A stretch of DNA of 44,838 nt from Thermoplasmata archaeon (GTDB taxonomy: Archaea > Thermoplasmatota > Thermoplasmata > Lutacidiplasmatales > UBA184): assembly GCA_021816955.1 (NCBI GenBank), contig JAKAWP010000007.1, positions 1 through 44,838 on the forward strand, in the 5' to 3' direction. How positions within the stretch are numbered: position 1 is the stretch's first letter; the number at the start of each line of letters is the position of its first letter. The notes below the pieces were generated by a model that saw only the letters and a program-made list of their open reading frames with translations, searched no databases and was not told where the DNA came from. A program made the translations under genes and the position numbers. Shown here piece by piece: positions 19,479 through 28,700 of this stretch.

Positions 19479-20657
19479 TTAGCGGTTGGGGCGCCCGCCG
19501 ACGGGGGAGAGGTCGTCGACCGTCATCCGATACCAGCGCCCCTTCCACGCGACCGGCGCGCCGCGCATTCCCCGAACGAGCGACGTCGCGACGAGCGCGA
19601 GGTAGAAGCCGACCGCGATCGGCCAGAGCAGCCCCCATCGCGCCCCGGCGCCGAGCTCCCGCGCGAAGCCGACCATCTTGCCGAACAACGCGACGTAGAG
19701 GAACGCGCCGACGGCGATCCACAGCGGGGTGCCCGTGACGACGCCGAGCGGGAGGAGGCCGAGCGGAAGGAGATAGAAGCCGATGAGCGCCGCGAGAAAC
19801 CCGACCTGGCGCGCCGCCGAGAACGTGAAGCCGTGGACGTTCTTGAGGAGCCCCTCGAACATCTCCGCCCGATCCCGGTAGAGCCGGGTCGTCGCCAGCG
19901 TCGGGGCGTAGGCGATCCGCAGCCGCTTTCCGGCGGCCCGGAAGCGTCGGGCGATCGCCACATCTTCCAAGACGAAGGCGCGGACGGCGGCGTGACCGCC
20001 GACCGCTTCGTACGCGGCCCGACGGACGAGCAGGTACTGGCCGTTCGCCATTGCGGCCCGGCTCCGATCGCGATTGACGCGCGGCGTCCGGAAGTACGTC
20101 AGGATCAGCTGGGTCATGAGGGGGAGGACGAGCTTCTCCCACGGCCCGACCATCTCGACCCTCGGGGCGATCGTGACGAGATCGGCCCGCTCCTGTTCCG
20201 CCCAGTCGACGGTCGTCCGGACGGCCGCCGGATGGAGGCGAACGTCGGCGTCGACGAACAAAATCCACGGGCCCCGGGTCGCCTCGGCCCCGAGGTGGCA
20301 GCCGAAGTTCTTCCCGACCCAGCCCGGGGGAAGCGGCGGTTCCGCGATCCGCCGCACCCGGGGGGCGCGGGCGTCGATGATCGACGGGGTCGTATCGGTC
20401 GACCGTCCGTCGGCGACCACGATCTCCAGGTTCGGATAATCCTGGGCGACCAAGCTGTCGAGCGCGGCCGGTAGGTCGATCTCCTCGTTGCGCGCCGCCA
20501 CGACGACGCTGACCAGCGGAGCGTTCGGGTCCCTCGCCTGAGGCGGCGCGGGCGCCAACGGCGGCACCTGGTAGGCGAAGACGATCGCGATCCCGTGGTA
20601 GACGAGGACGACGAGCGCCGCGACGACGACGAGCGCGACGGCCCACAGCGGGATCAT
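19479..20657 (-). CDS. Membrane GT2 glycosyltransferase (HpnB/CrtQ-like, probable lipid acceptor)
   Basis: N-terminal TM, VSVVVAARNEE, DGRSTD, LPPGWVGK, FVDADV, ANGQY, GGH......LED, C-terminal TMs and WKGR. Confidence 0.88.
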   Translation of the reverse strand: MIPLWAVALVVVAALVVLVYHGIAIVFAYQVPPLAPAPPQARDPNAPLVSVVVAARNEEIDLPAALDSLVAQDYPNLEIVVADGRSTDTTPSIIDARAPRVRRIAEPPLPPGWVGKNFGCHLGAEATRGPWILFVDADVRLHPAAVRTTVDWAEQERADLVTIAPRVEMVGPWEKLVLPLMTQLILTYFRTPRVNRDRSRAAMANGQYLLVRRAAYEAVGGHAAVRAFVLEDVAIARRFRAAGKRLRIAYAPTLATTRLYRDRAEMFEGLLKNVHGFTFSAARQVGFLAALIGFYLLPLGLLPLGVVTGTPLWIAVGAFLYVALFGKMVGFARELGAGARWGLLWPIAVGFYLALVATSLVRGMRGAPVAWKGRWYRMTVDDLSPVGGRPNR

Positions 20658-20677
20658 CGGCGCTTCGTAATCCGAGC

Positions 20678-20688
20678 CTTATAAAGGA
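20678..20688. promoter_or_regulatory. Bidirectional TATA box between the divergent GT2 and hef genes
   Basis: CCTTATAAAGG, the only AT-rich patch in a 65-nt divergent gap. Confidence 0.65.
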
Positions 20689-20722
20689 GTGGCCGTCCGT
20701 ACGCGGACGAGGAGGATCGCGC

Positions 20723-22351
20723 GTGCCGACCGTCGAACACCCGCGGATCGCGCCGGGGGCGCTCGAGGAGCGGGCGTACCAGGCCGAGATCGCCCGGATC
20801 GCCGCCGACCGCAACACGTTGGTGGTGCTGCCGACCGGCCTCGGGAAGACGGCGATCGGCCTGCGGGTCGCCGCCGAATGGCTCCGACGAACGCCGACCC
20901 GTTCGATCCTCTGGCTGGCGCCGACTCGGCCGCTCGTCCTGCAGACCGCGGAAGCCGTCCGCCGAACCCTGCTCGCGCCGCCGCCGATCGGGCTGACGGG
21001 AGCGGTCGCCCCGGAGCGCCGGCGGGCGCTGTTGGCCCCGCCGCAGGTCGTGGTCGCCACCCCGCAGGTCATCGCCCACGACCTCGCGGCGGGCAACATC
21101 GACCTCGCGGCGTTCTCGCTGCTGGTCTTCGACGAAGCGCACCGGGCGACCGGCGATTACCCGTATGTGGCGATCGGCCGCTCGAACGCCGCCGGACCCC
21201 GGCGGCGGGTCCTTGCGATGACGGCGTCGCCGGGGGACCGGATCGAGCGGATCCGCGAACTGTGGGCCAACCTCGGCCTCGAGCATTTCGAGTACCGGAC
21301 CGACCGCTCGCCGGACGTGCGGCCGTACATCCACGGCTTTGATCTGGAGCCCGTGGTGGTGAAGGTTCCGGTCGAAGTCCAGCGGCTCGGCATCCTGCTA
21401 CGAACTGCGATCGCCCGGCCCGTCAACCGGTTGCGCGAGCTCGGACTTCTCGACCGCGAGGAAGGAAGCCGTCGGGCCCTCCTCGAAGTCGGCGAGAAGC
21501 TGCGGCGCGCGAGCGCCGCCGCCCGGTCCCGGGGCGAACGCGGCGACGCCCGCCTCTGGTCGGCCGTCACGGCCCAGGCCGTCGCCATGAAGGGCCTCCA
21601 CGCCCTCGAGCTGGCCGAAACGCAAGGCGTCGGGGCGTTGCGGGAGTTCTTCCGACGCCAGGCCGAGCTCGCCTCGGGCCGCCCTAGCCCGTCGCTGCGG
21701 GCGTTCCTGAACGACCCGGACGTCCAAGCGGTGCGACAGACGCTCGAGGCGCTCGAGCTCGAGCACCCGAAGATCGAGGCGGCCGTGCGCGTCGTGCGCG
21801 AGACGCTCGAGCGCACGCCGACCGCGCGGGCGATCGTCTTCAGCCAGTACCGCGACACCGTCGACCGGCTCGTCGAGGAGTTCGGCCGCCAAGCGCCGGG
21901 CGTCGTGCGGGCCGCCCGGTTCGTCGGCCAGACGTCCCGCAGCTCGCACGATCCGGGCCTCTCGCAAAAGGAGCAGGCGGCGCTCCTCGACCGGTTCCGG
22001 TCGGGCGAGATCAACTGCCTCGTGGCGACGTCGGTCGCCGAGGAGGGACTCGACATTCCGTCGACCGACCTCGTCGTCTTCTACGAGCCGATCCCCGACG
22101 TCGTCCGGACGATCCAGCGTCGGGGCCGGACCGGTCGCGCACGGACCGGCCGGGTCGTCGTCCTGGTCGCGGAGAACACCCGGGACTCCGGACTCCAGCG
22201 GGGCGCCTCCGCCCGCGAGCGCCGGATGCACGCGATGCTCGAAGCGGTCGCGGCCGAGGCCCGCCAGGGCGGCGTGCGACCCGCTCCGCCCCGGCCGCCG
22301 GTCCAGACAGTCCTCACCGAGTTCGCGGCCGGTTCGACCGACCCCCCCTAG
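20723..22351 (+). CDS. hef: Hef/FANCM-type SF2 helicase, no ERCC4 nuclease domain
   Basis: RAYQ, LPTGLGKT, DEAHRATG, MTASPG, HPK, RFVGQ, GLSQKEQ, ATSVAEEGLDIP, IQRRGRTGR; ends at 542 aa. Confidence 0.92.
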   Translation: MPTVEHPRIAPGALEERAYQAEIARIAADRNTLVVLPTGLGKTAIGLRVAAEWLRRTPTRSILWLAPTRPLVLQTAEAVRRTLLAPPPIGLTGAVAPERRRALLAPPQVVVATPQVIAHDLAAGNIDLAAFSLLVFDEAHRATGDYPYVAIGRSNAAGPRRRVLAMTASPGDRIERIRELWANLGLEHFEYRTDRSPDVRPYIHGFDLEPVVVKVPVEVQRLGILLRTAIARPVNRLRELGLLDREEGSRRALLEVGEKLRRASAAARSRGERGDARLWSAVTAQAVAMKGLHALELAETQGVGALREFFRRQAELASGRPSPSLRAFLNDPDVQAVRQTLEALELEHPKIEAAVRVVRETLERTPTARAIVFSQYRDTVDRLVEEFGRQAPGVVRAARFVGQTSRSSHDPGLSQKEQAALLDRFRSGEINCLVATSVAEEGLDIPSTDLVVFYEPIPDVVRTIQRRGRTGRARTGRVVVLVAENTRDSGLQRGASARERRMHAMLEAVAAEARQGGVRPAPPRPPVQTVLTEFAAGSTDPP

Positions 22352-22794
22352 CGGCCGGTGCTCCCGAACCCTCCACGGCGGGATCGCATCGGGCGAACCC
22401 GGCCGCGGCGGACGGACGTCCCGAGGTCGGCGACGAGGTGGATCTGCGCGATTCGGTCCCCCGCCCGGATCCGGTACCATCCCGAAAACAGGTAAGTGAG
22501 CGGAACGCGCACTTCGCCCGCGTAGTCTCGATCGATCGTGCCGGGCGCGTTCACCATCAGCACCCCCCGGCTCGCGAGGCCGCTGCGGGGCCGAACTTCG
22601 AGGAAGGTGCCGGGCGGCGCCCGCATGCGAAGGCCCGTGCGAACGAGTTCGACCTTGCCCCGCCGCAGCTCGACGTCCTCGATCGCCGCGACATCGAGGC
22701 ACGCCGAGCCCCTGGTCGCCCTCGCCGGAAGCTTGGGAACGCGCGCGGGATCGACCGGCTCCACGATCACCGCCGTTCGCCGCCGCCCGACCAC
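22348..22794 (-). CDS. dut: Trimeric dUTPase
   Basis: All five motifs: GSACLD, PRSGLA, GTIDRDYAGE, GDRIAQ, RRGGFGSTG. Confidence 0.93.
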   Translation of the reverse strand: MVGRRRTAVIVEPVDPARVPKLPARATRGSACLDVAAIEDVELRRGKVELVRTGLRMRAPPGTFLEVRPRSGLASRGVLMVNAPGTIDRDYAGEVRVPLTYLFSGWYRIRAGDRIAQIHLVADLGTSVRRGRVRPMRSRRGGFGSTGR

Positions 22795-22818
22795 GGCGGC
22801 GCGAGCGGCCCGGGGGCT

Positions 22819-23550
22819 TTACACTTGCCGCGCCGGCTCGGCGGGCCGGGCGTCGGGCGGGCGATCCGACGCGCGGGCGAGGTACGCCAGCGCGAGCCGG
22901 CCTTCGGCCCGGCGCAATATCTTGCCGACGGCCGGGGGCGATCGCCCCAGATGGCGCGCGAGCCGCGTGAGCGTGATCCGCCGGGGAATCGCGTAGTAGC
23001 CGAGCGTGACGGCTCGCGTCAGCACGTCGGCTTGCAGCCGCGTGAGGTCGGCCCGGTCGGGTTCGGCGAGGTACGGCCGCCGGGAGGAGCGGACGACCCG
23101 GTAGGCGAGCCCGACCCGGTCGAGCCACTTCACGACCCGTCGGAGCGACCGTTCGCCGCCGAGGAACGTCGCGAGGACGGTGGTAGCGGTGAGCCGGAAC
23201 GGCGCGGTCGGAGAGATCTCTCCGCCCGCGAGCTCGAGGACTTCCTTGAGCGCGGGGGGATTGCGCTGCCGCACGAGGACGACCAGCTCCCGGGTCTTCG
23301 GGCGACGCTCGACGACCTCGACGCTTTCGAGCCCGTAGCGGCGGCGGAGCCGCCGGGTGTCCCGACCGAGGTCGTCGGAGGCGGGGAGCGGTCCGTGGCG
23401 GCGCAGGCGCAGCAGCTGCACCCGGCGGTCGCGCTCGAGGCGGACCGTCTCGAGGAGCTCGACCTCCTCGTAGCGGTCGAAGACGCCCCGGGGAACGAGG
23501 CCGAGCTGTTCGAGCTCCGGGGTGCGGAACTCGATCGAGATCGTCTGCAC
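22819..23550 (-). CDS. Transcriptional regulator with C-terminal bacterio-opsin-activator-type HTH (HTH_10)
   Basis: LTRLQADVLTRAVTLGYYAIPRRITLTRLARHLGRSPPAVGKILRRAE; start taken at GTG 23550. Confidence 0.85.
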   Translation of the reverse strand: MQTISIEFRTPELEQLGLVPRGVFDRYEEVELLETVRLERDRRVQLLRLRRHGPLPASDDLGRDTRRLRRRYGLESVEVVERRPKTRELVVLVRQRNPPALKEVLELAGGEISPTAPFRLTATTVLATFLGGERSLRRVVKWLDRVGLAYRVVRSSRRPYLAEPDRADLTRLQADVLTRAVTLGYYAIPRRITLTRLARHLGRSPPAVGKILRRAEGRLALAYLARASDRPPDARPAEPARQV

Positions 23551-23628
23551 GGCCGCCCGAGGAGAGGTTCCGCTATGAACCCTTGGGGGTGTTCGTCGGT
23601 TAAATACGCGGCGCCGCTCGGGCCGTCC

Positions 23629-25110
23629 GTGACGTTCGGTTCGCTCGGCGAGTTCCTCGCCGCGCTCGAAGCGAAAGGCGACCTCGTCCACATCCGGACG
23701 CCGGTGAGCCGGGATCTCGAGATCGCGGAACTCACCCAGCGCGCCGTCCGAGCGGACGGCCCGGCGCTCTACTTCGACCAAGTGCCGGGCACCGACATCC
23801 CGGTGGTGACCAATCTCCTCGGCTCGCCGCGCCGGATCGCCCTCGCCTTCGGCGCCGAATCGATCGAAGAAACGGCCGACCGGATCGCGCGGCTCGTCCG
23901 CCTGCGACCGCCCGCGGGCGTCCTCGGCGCCGTCCGGGACCTCGCCGGCACCCTCGAGATGCTCGGGACCCTCCGCAGCCTCGCCCCGAAGCGGGTCAGT
24001 CGGGCGCCGTGCCAGGAAGTGGTCGACGACCGCGTCGACCTGGATCGCCTCCCGATCCTGCGCTGCTGGCCGGGCGATGGCGGACGGACCGTGACGTTCC
24101 CGGTCGTCATCACGCGCGATCCCGACACCGGGGAGGCCCACACCGGCATCTATCGGCTCCAGCAGTACGGCCCCGACACGCTCGGCTTCCACGCGCAGCT
24201 CCACCGGGTCGGCCGCCGCAACTACGAACGGTGGGCCGCCCGCGGCGAGCGGATGCCCGTGGCGGTCGCCCTCGGGATCGACCCGGCCACGATCTTCGCC
24301 GGCCTCGCCCCGGTGCCGGAAGGCGTGTCGAACTTTGTCTTCGCCGGGTTTTTACGGTCCGCCCCCCTCGAACTCGTCCGGGCGACGAGCGTCGACCTCG
24401 ACGTCCCGGCCCAAGCGGAGATCGTGCTCGAAGGGTACGTCGACCCGACGGAGCGCCATATCGAGGGGCCGTTCGGCGACCATACCGGCTACTACTCGCT
24501 GCCGGAAGAGTTCCCGGTCTTCCACGTCGAGCGGATCACGCACCGGGAGCGGCCGGTCTACCTCGGGACGGTCACGGGAAGGCCGCCGACCGAGGATTCG
24601 GTGCTCGGAAAGGCGGTCGAGCGGGTCTTCCTGCCGGTCGTACGGCTCGTGCTCCCCGAGATCGTCGACATGAACCTGCCCGAGGAAGGGCTGTTCATCA
24701 ACGTCGGGATCGTCTCGATCCGCAAGTCCTACCCCGACCACCCGCGCAAGGTCATGCACGCGCTCTGGGGGCTCGGGCAGCTGATGTTCGTCCGCTACCT
24801 GATCGTCGTCGACGCGGACGTGAACGTCCACGATCTCTCGGAGGTGCTCTACCGCGTCGGCCTGCAGGCCGACCCCGATCGGGATCTCGAGCTCGTCCAC
24901 GGGCCGGTCGATCAGCTGTCGATCTCGAATCCCGAGCCGAACCGGGGAGCGAAGATCGGGATCGACGCGACCAAGAAGGGTCGGGACGACGGGTTCCCCC
25001 GTCCCTGGCCCGAGGAGATCCGGTCGGACCCGGCCGCCCGGGCCGCCATCGACCGACTGATCGCCGCCGACGCGACACTCGCCCGGTGGTTCGCGCCTCG
25101 GCCCCCGTGA
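23629..25110 (+). CDS. UbiD-family decarboxylase (MqnL-like)
   Basis: GPALYF, CWPGDGG, GIYRLQ, EIVLEG, EGPFGDHTGYY, HALWGLGQLMF, KIGIDAT; GTG 23629 with TTAAATA about 25 nt upstream. Confidence 0.92.
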   Translation: MTFGSLGEFLAALEAKGDLVHIRTPVSRDLEIAELTQRAVRADGPALYFDQVPGTDIPVVTNLLGSPRRIALAFGAESIEETADRIARLVRLRPPAGVLGAVRDLAGTLEMLGTLRSLAPKRVSRAPCQEVVDDRVDLDRLPILRCWPGDGGRTVTFPVVITRDPDTGEAHTGIYRLQQYGPDTLGFHAQLHRVGRRNYERWAARGERMPVAVALGIDPATIFAGLAPVPEGVSNFVFAGFLRSAPLELVRATSVDLDVPAQAEIVLEGYVDPTERHIEGPFGDHTGYYSLPEEFPVFHVERITHRERPVYLGTVTGRPPTEDSVLGKAVERVFLPVVRLVLPEIVDMNLPEEGLFINVGIVSIRKSYPDHPRKVMHALWGLGQLMFVRYLIVVDADVNVHDLSEVLYRVGLQADPDRDLELVHGPVDQLSISNPEPNRGAKIGIDATKKGRDDGFPRPWPEEIRSDPAARAAIDRLIAADATLARWFAPRPP

Positions 25111-25979
25111 GCGACCCCCCCGCTTTCCGGCGGTCGCCCGCGCGGGAGATCGGACGGTTCCTCGAGATCCAGAACCTCGGGCTCAACCTACCGTTCGCCG
25201 TCGCGTTCCTCTTCCTCGCCGCCCACGGGCTCCCCGCGCCGCTGACCACCCTCGATATCGTCGTGGCGTTCGTCGCCGCCCGCAACGCCGGCCACAGCTT
25301 CAACCGCTACGTCGACCGGCGCGACGATGCCGCCAATCCCCGGACCCGGGATCGGGCGATTCCGGCGGGCCGCCTATCGCCCCGCTTCGCGCTCGCCTTC
25401 GCGGCGGCGAACGCGGCGGTCTTCGTCGTCGCGGCGTACCTGCTCAACCCGCTCGCCTTCGCGCTGTCGTTCGTGGCCCTCGTGCTCCTCTTCGGCTACA
25501 GCTATACGAAGCGCCTCACCCCGGGGACGACCGCCTTTCTCGGGCTCGTCGAGGCGATCACGCCCCCCGCGGTCTACATCGGGGTGACCGGCGCGTTGCC
25601 GGTGGTCGCGTTGGTCGCCGGCGGGGCGCTGTTGCTCTGGGGGACCGCGTTTGAGACGATCCACAGTCTCGGCGATCTCGACAGCGACCGCGCGCTCGGC
25701 CTCCGTTCGCTGCCGCGGTCGCTCGGCGTCGAGCGCTCGGTTCGACTGGTCGCCGTCCTCCATGCGGCCGCCCTGGCGACGTTCGCGGCGTTCGGCATCT
25801 TTGTCGGGCTGCGCGCCCCGTACTTCGCCGCACTCGGCGCGATGGCGATCGTCGCGCTCGTCACCGATCGCGCCCTCGCACGGGCCCCGACCGAGGCGCG
25901 AGTACCGTTCGAGCGGCACTTTCTGCTGAGCGCGCTCTACCTGGCGGGAGTCGTCGCCGCGCTGTTCGTGATCCGCTGA
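25107..25979 (+). CDS. UbiA-family prenyltransferase (MqnP-like)
   Basis: FNRYVDRRDDAANPRT..RAIPAG, YSYTKR, second Asp motif GDLDSD; GTGA overlap with the UbiD gene. Confidence 0.9.
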   Translation: MSDPPAFRRSPAREIGRFLEIQNLGLNLPFAVAFLFLAAHGLPAPLTTLDIVVAFVAARNAGHSFNRYVDRRDDAANPRTRDRAIPAGRLSPRFALAFAAANAAVFVVAAYLLNPLAFALSFVALVLLFGYSYTKRLTPGTTAFLGLVEAITPPAVYIGVTGALPVVALVAGGALLLWGTAFETIHSLGDLDSDRALGLRSLPRSLGVERSVRLVAVLHAAALATFAAFGIFVGLRAPYFAALGAMAIVALVTDRALARAPTEARVPFERHFLLSALYLAGVVAALFVIR

Positions 25980-26036
25980 TCCGGTCGCTCCGGGTCGGGC
26001 CAAACCGCTATCTTCGACGCCGCGCATCGCGCCGGC

Positions 26037-26390
26037 ATGCCCCAAGTGATGATCGGCCTCTCGACACGCGATTACCGCACGACCAGCGAGGTCTGGCGAA
26101 TGGCCAAACGCCACGTGAACCCGGCGGTCCGTCGACGGATCGGATGGCGCGGGCGCTCGAGCTTTTTGCGCGAGCTGATGCTGTACGGATTCGAGAAGGC
26201 GAGCGACGACCCCCAGGCGTTCCTCGCCGAAGTTCGGGAAACGCACGACCCGCTCTTCGGCCGCCGAGGACGGGGCGAGGCCGGAGCCGACCGACGGGAA
26301 GCGCTGCTCGCGAAGTGGGAAGCGTTCTTCCCTCGCCCGTCGGCCGGCCGGGGCCGACGCCGCGCGCCGCCGACCGAGCCCGCGCCGTAG
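26037..26390 (+). CDS. Hypothetical small basic protein, possibly ribbon-helix-helix-like
   Basis: Fills the gap between the UbiA gene and arcS, same strand; N-terminal strand VMIGL, then RSSFLRELML helix. Confidence 0.55.
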   Translation: MPQVMIGLSTRDYRTTSEVWRMAKRHVNPAVRRRIGWRGRSSFLRELMLYGFEKASDDPQAFLAEVRETHDPLFGRRGRGEAGADRREALLAKWEAFFPRPSAGRGRRRAPPTEPAP

Positions 26391-26423
26391 CGCGCGGCCG
26401 TCGCCGCGGGAGCGTCGAGGCCG

Positions 26424-28310
26424 ATGGTCCGCGAAGCACGAACGATCGGAAACGGCCTTGCGATCGCCGGCACGGCCACGATCGGCCGCCTCTCGCTTTC
26501 CACCCCGATGCTCGCGGAGGCGGTCACCGCGGGGGACGGTCCGACGCCGGCCGACGGCGGCCGGATGATCGTCCGCGCTCTCGAATCGGCGTCGATCGCC
26601 GCCCGACGGCTCGCCCTCGAGCAGGACGGCACGACGGTCGAACTCACGTTTCCCGTGCTGCGGCCGCAGATCACGGGCGCCGAGTCTGCGCTGGTCGAGG
26701 TCGCGGCCGGGGTCGGGTACGCCCACGGCCCGCTCAACACCGAAGCGCTCTCCCGGCTCGCCGAGCGCCCGATGGAGCTCATCGTCCTCGGCAACGCCCG
26801 AGCCCTTTGGGAGTCCGGTCGGCCGTTCCTCCAAGCGGTCGGCGAGATCCGCCGGGCGGCCGGACCCGAGCCGTTGCTCTGGACGCCGCGGGTCGCGCTT
26901 CCGCACCGGCTCCCTTGGCTCGCCTACCTCGGAGTCGACCTGATGGACACGACCGAAGGACGAGGGCTCGCCTCGGAGGGCCGCTACCTCGATGCGGCCC
27001 TCGGGGTGCTCGACGGCCGGCCGGTCGGCGGAGAATGCCGATGCCCCGGCTGCGCGGAGGAAGCGACGCCCGCGGCCCTCGATCGGCACGCCGTCTACGA
27101 GTACCGGACCGCGCTCCGCGAGACCCAGCGCGCCATCGCCGCCGATCGGCTCCGGGAGCTCGTCGAGGCCCGGCTTCCGAGCGAGCCCGCGCTCGGGGAG
27201 GCGCTGCGGCACGCCGACCGTGACCTCGCCGATCTCCTGGACGAGACGGCGCCGGTCGTCGCGCGCGAGGCACACTCGTACGTGGTCGCGGAGGCCCACC
27301 GCCGACCGGAGATGCGCCGATTCCGCCGGCGGCTACGGGAACGGTACCGGCCCCCGGCCTCGAAGCGGGTCCTTGTCCTCGTCCCGTGCAGCCGGACGAA
27401 GCCGTATCGGCTCTCCCCGAGCCACCGGCGGTTCCGACGGGCCGTTCAGGGTCTCGACGGAATCGAGCGGCTGCACTTCGTCTCGGTGAGCTCGCCGATC
27501 GGCGTGGTGCCCGCCGAGCTCGAAGACGTCCCTCCCGCCCGGCATTACGATATTCCGGTCACCGGCGAGTGGACCCGGGAGGAACAGGAGTACGTGCTCG
27601 ACGGCCTCGACCACCTCCTGAGGCACGGGGCGTACTCGGCGATCGTCGTCCACCTCGACCCCCGGGAGTACGGTTTCCTCGTTCCGCTCTTCGCCCCGCC
27701 CCGAACGGCGACGTGGACGGCGACGGACGGCCACGAAGGTTCGGACGCGTCGCTCGATGAGTTGCGGCGAGCGGCCGCTCAGGCGCTCGCGGCCGCGTCC
27801 GCCGAACCGATCGCGCCTCTCGCCGTCGTGAAAGAAGAGCTCCGGGAGGTCGCGGCGATCCAGTTCGGCCGGGACGCCGCCGAACGGCTCTTCGCCGGCC
27901 CGCTCCGACTCGCGGGACGGCCGTGGTTCCAGCGGTTGGTCGAACCCGGCCAGGGGGAGATCGCGACGTGGCGGGAAGAGCGCGGGCTGTTTCACTTGAC
28001 GGTGCGGGGCGCGGAACGTCTCGGGCGCCCTGCGCCGCTCGAAGTGGAGGTCGGCGCCGACGTGCCGCTGACGGGAGATCTGTTCGTTCCCGGCGTGCGA
28101 CGGGCCGATCCGGCGATCCGGATCGGCGACGCCGTCGTGCTCGTGCGCGGCGACGAGCTGCTCGGAGTCGGCGAAGCAGCCCTACCGGGTCGCTGGATGA
28201 CCCGACTGCGCCGCGGGCTCGCCGTTCGGGTCCGGCACCGACGCCGCGCACCGTCCGATACGGCCATGACCGACGGCGCCTCCGTGCTTCGTGACGGGCC
28301 GGTCGTCTAG
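26424..28310 (+). CDS. arcS: Archaeosine synthase (ArcS/TgtA2)
   Basis: Degenerate TGT-like N-terminus (TP, LAYLGVDLMD, CRCPGC, LRELVE), signature VPCSRTKPYRLSPSH, SSPIGVVP.ELE, YDIPVTGEW, C-terminal PUA domain (FVPGV..AD..IRIGD). Confidence 0.92.
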   Translation: MVREARTIGNGLAIAGTATIGRLSLSTPMLAEAVTAGDGPTPADGGRMIVRALESASIAARRLALEQDGTTVELTFPVLRPQITGAESALVEVAAGVGYAHGPLNTEALSRLAERPMELIVLGNARALWESGRPFLQAVGEIRRAAGPEPLLWTPRVALPHRLPWLAYLGVDLMDTTEGRGLASEGRYLDAALGVLDGRPVGGECRCPGCAEEATPAALDRHAVYEYRTALRETQRAIAADRLRELVEARLPSEPALGEALRHADRDLADLLDETAPVVAREAHSYVVAEAHRRPEMRRFRRRLRERYRPPASKRVLVLVPCSRTKPYRLSPSHRRFRRAVQGLDGIERLHFVSVSSPIGVVPAELEDVPPARHYDIPVTGEWTREEQEYVLDGLDHLLRHGAYSAIVVHLDPREYGFLVPLFAPPRTATWTATDGHEGSDASLDELRRAAAQALAAASAEPIAPLAVVKEELREVAAIQFGRDAAERLFAGPLRLAGRPWFQRLVEPGQGEIATWREERGLFHLTVRGAERLGRPAPLEVEVGADVPLTGDLFVPGVRRADPAIRIGDAVVLVRGDELLGVGEAALPGRWMTRLRRGLAVRVRHRRRAPSDTAMTDGASVLRDGPVV

Positions 28311-28368
28311 CGGTTAGGACATCGCGCTTACAACGCGGGAATCGGCGGTTCGAATCCGCCCCGGCCCA
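28296..28368 (+). tRNA. tRNA-Val(TAC), no intron, CCA not encoded
   Basis: Cloverleaf: acceptor GGGCCGG/CCGGCCC, D arm GTCT/GGAC, anticodon arm TCGCG-CTTACAA-CGCGG, T arm GGCGG-TTCGAAT-CCGCC, discriminator A. Confidence 0.95.
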
Positions 28369-28407
28369 TTCCAGTAAAGGTGTTAGACCACTACATCGCC
28401 CATTTCG

Positions 28408-28700
28408 ATGCCTCCGCGGCGCACACCCGGCCGACCCCGCCTCGCCATATTGGAAGACAAGGACCTCGCGCGATGGTACACGAACGTCGCCCGGGGCTCT
28501 CCGATCACCGCCGACGTCTATGACCGACGGCTCGCCGCCGTCTGCGAACAGGTCGCCGTTGAGCCCTCCGCCTTACCGGAGCCCACGGAACGAGAGCTCC
28601 GCGACCTCCGGCTCGACGTCATCACCGCCGAGGAAAGGAGGAAACGCCCGGAGTCGTACATCCAAGCTCGGTCAAGGCGGTCAAGTCCTGTCGGGTCCTG
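28408..28700 (+). pseudogene. Site-specific integrase N-terminal remnant
   Basis: LEDKDLARWYTNVARGSPITADVYDRRL...SYI, then VKAVKS in a shifted frame, resembling the N-terminus of Thermoplasmata tRNA-adjacent tyrosine integrases (recalled, not searched); no catalytic domain follows; starts 39 nt after the tRNA. Confidence 0.7.

Noticed and set aside
17400-20474. 1024-aa plus-strand ORF and similar long Arg/Pro/Gly-rich ORFs (e.g. 3246..5318, 25374..27299, 42749..44554)
   Set aside because: Shadow or alternate frames of well-supported genes; no motifs
22438-23628. N-terminal extension of the UbiD ORF (890 aa)
   Set aside because: Antisense to dut and the HTH gene; similarity starts at GTG 23629 behind a TATA box
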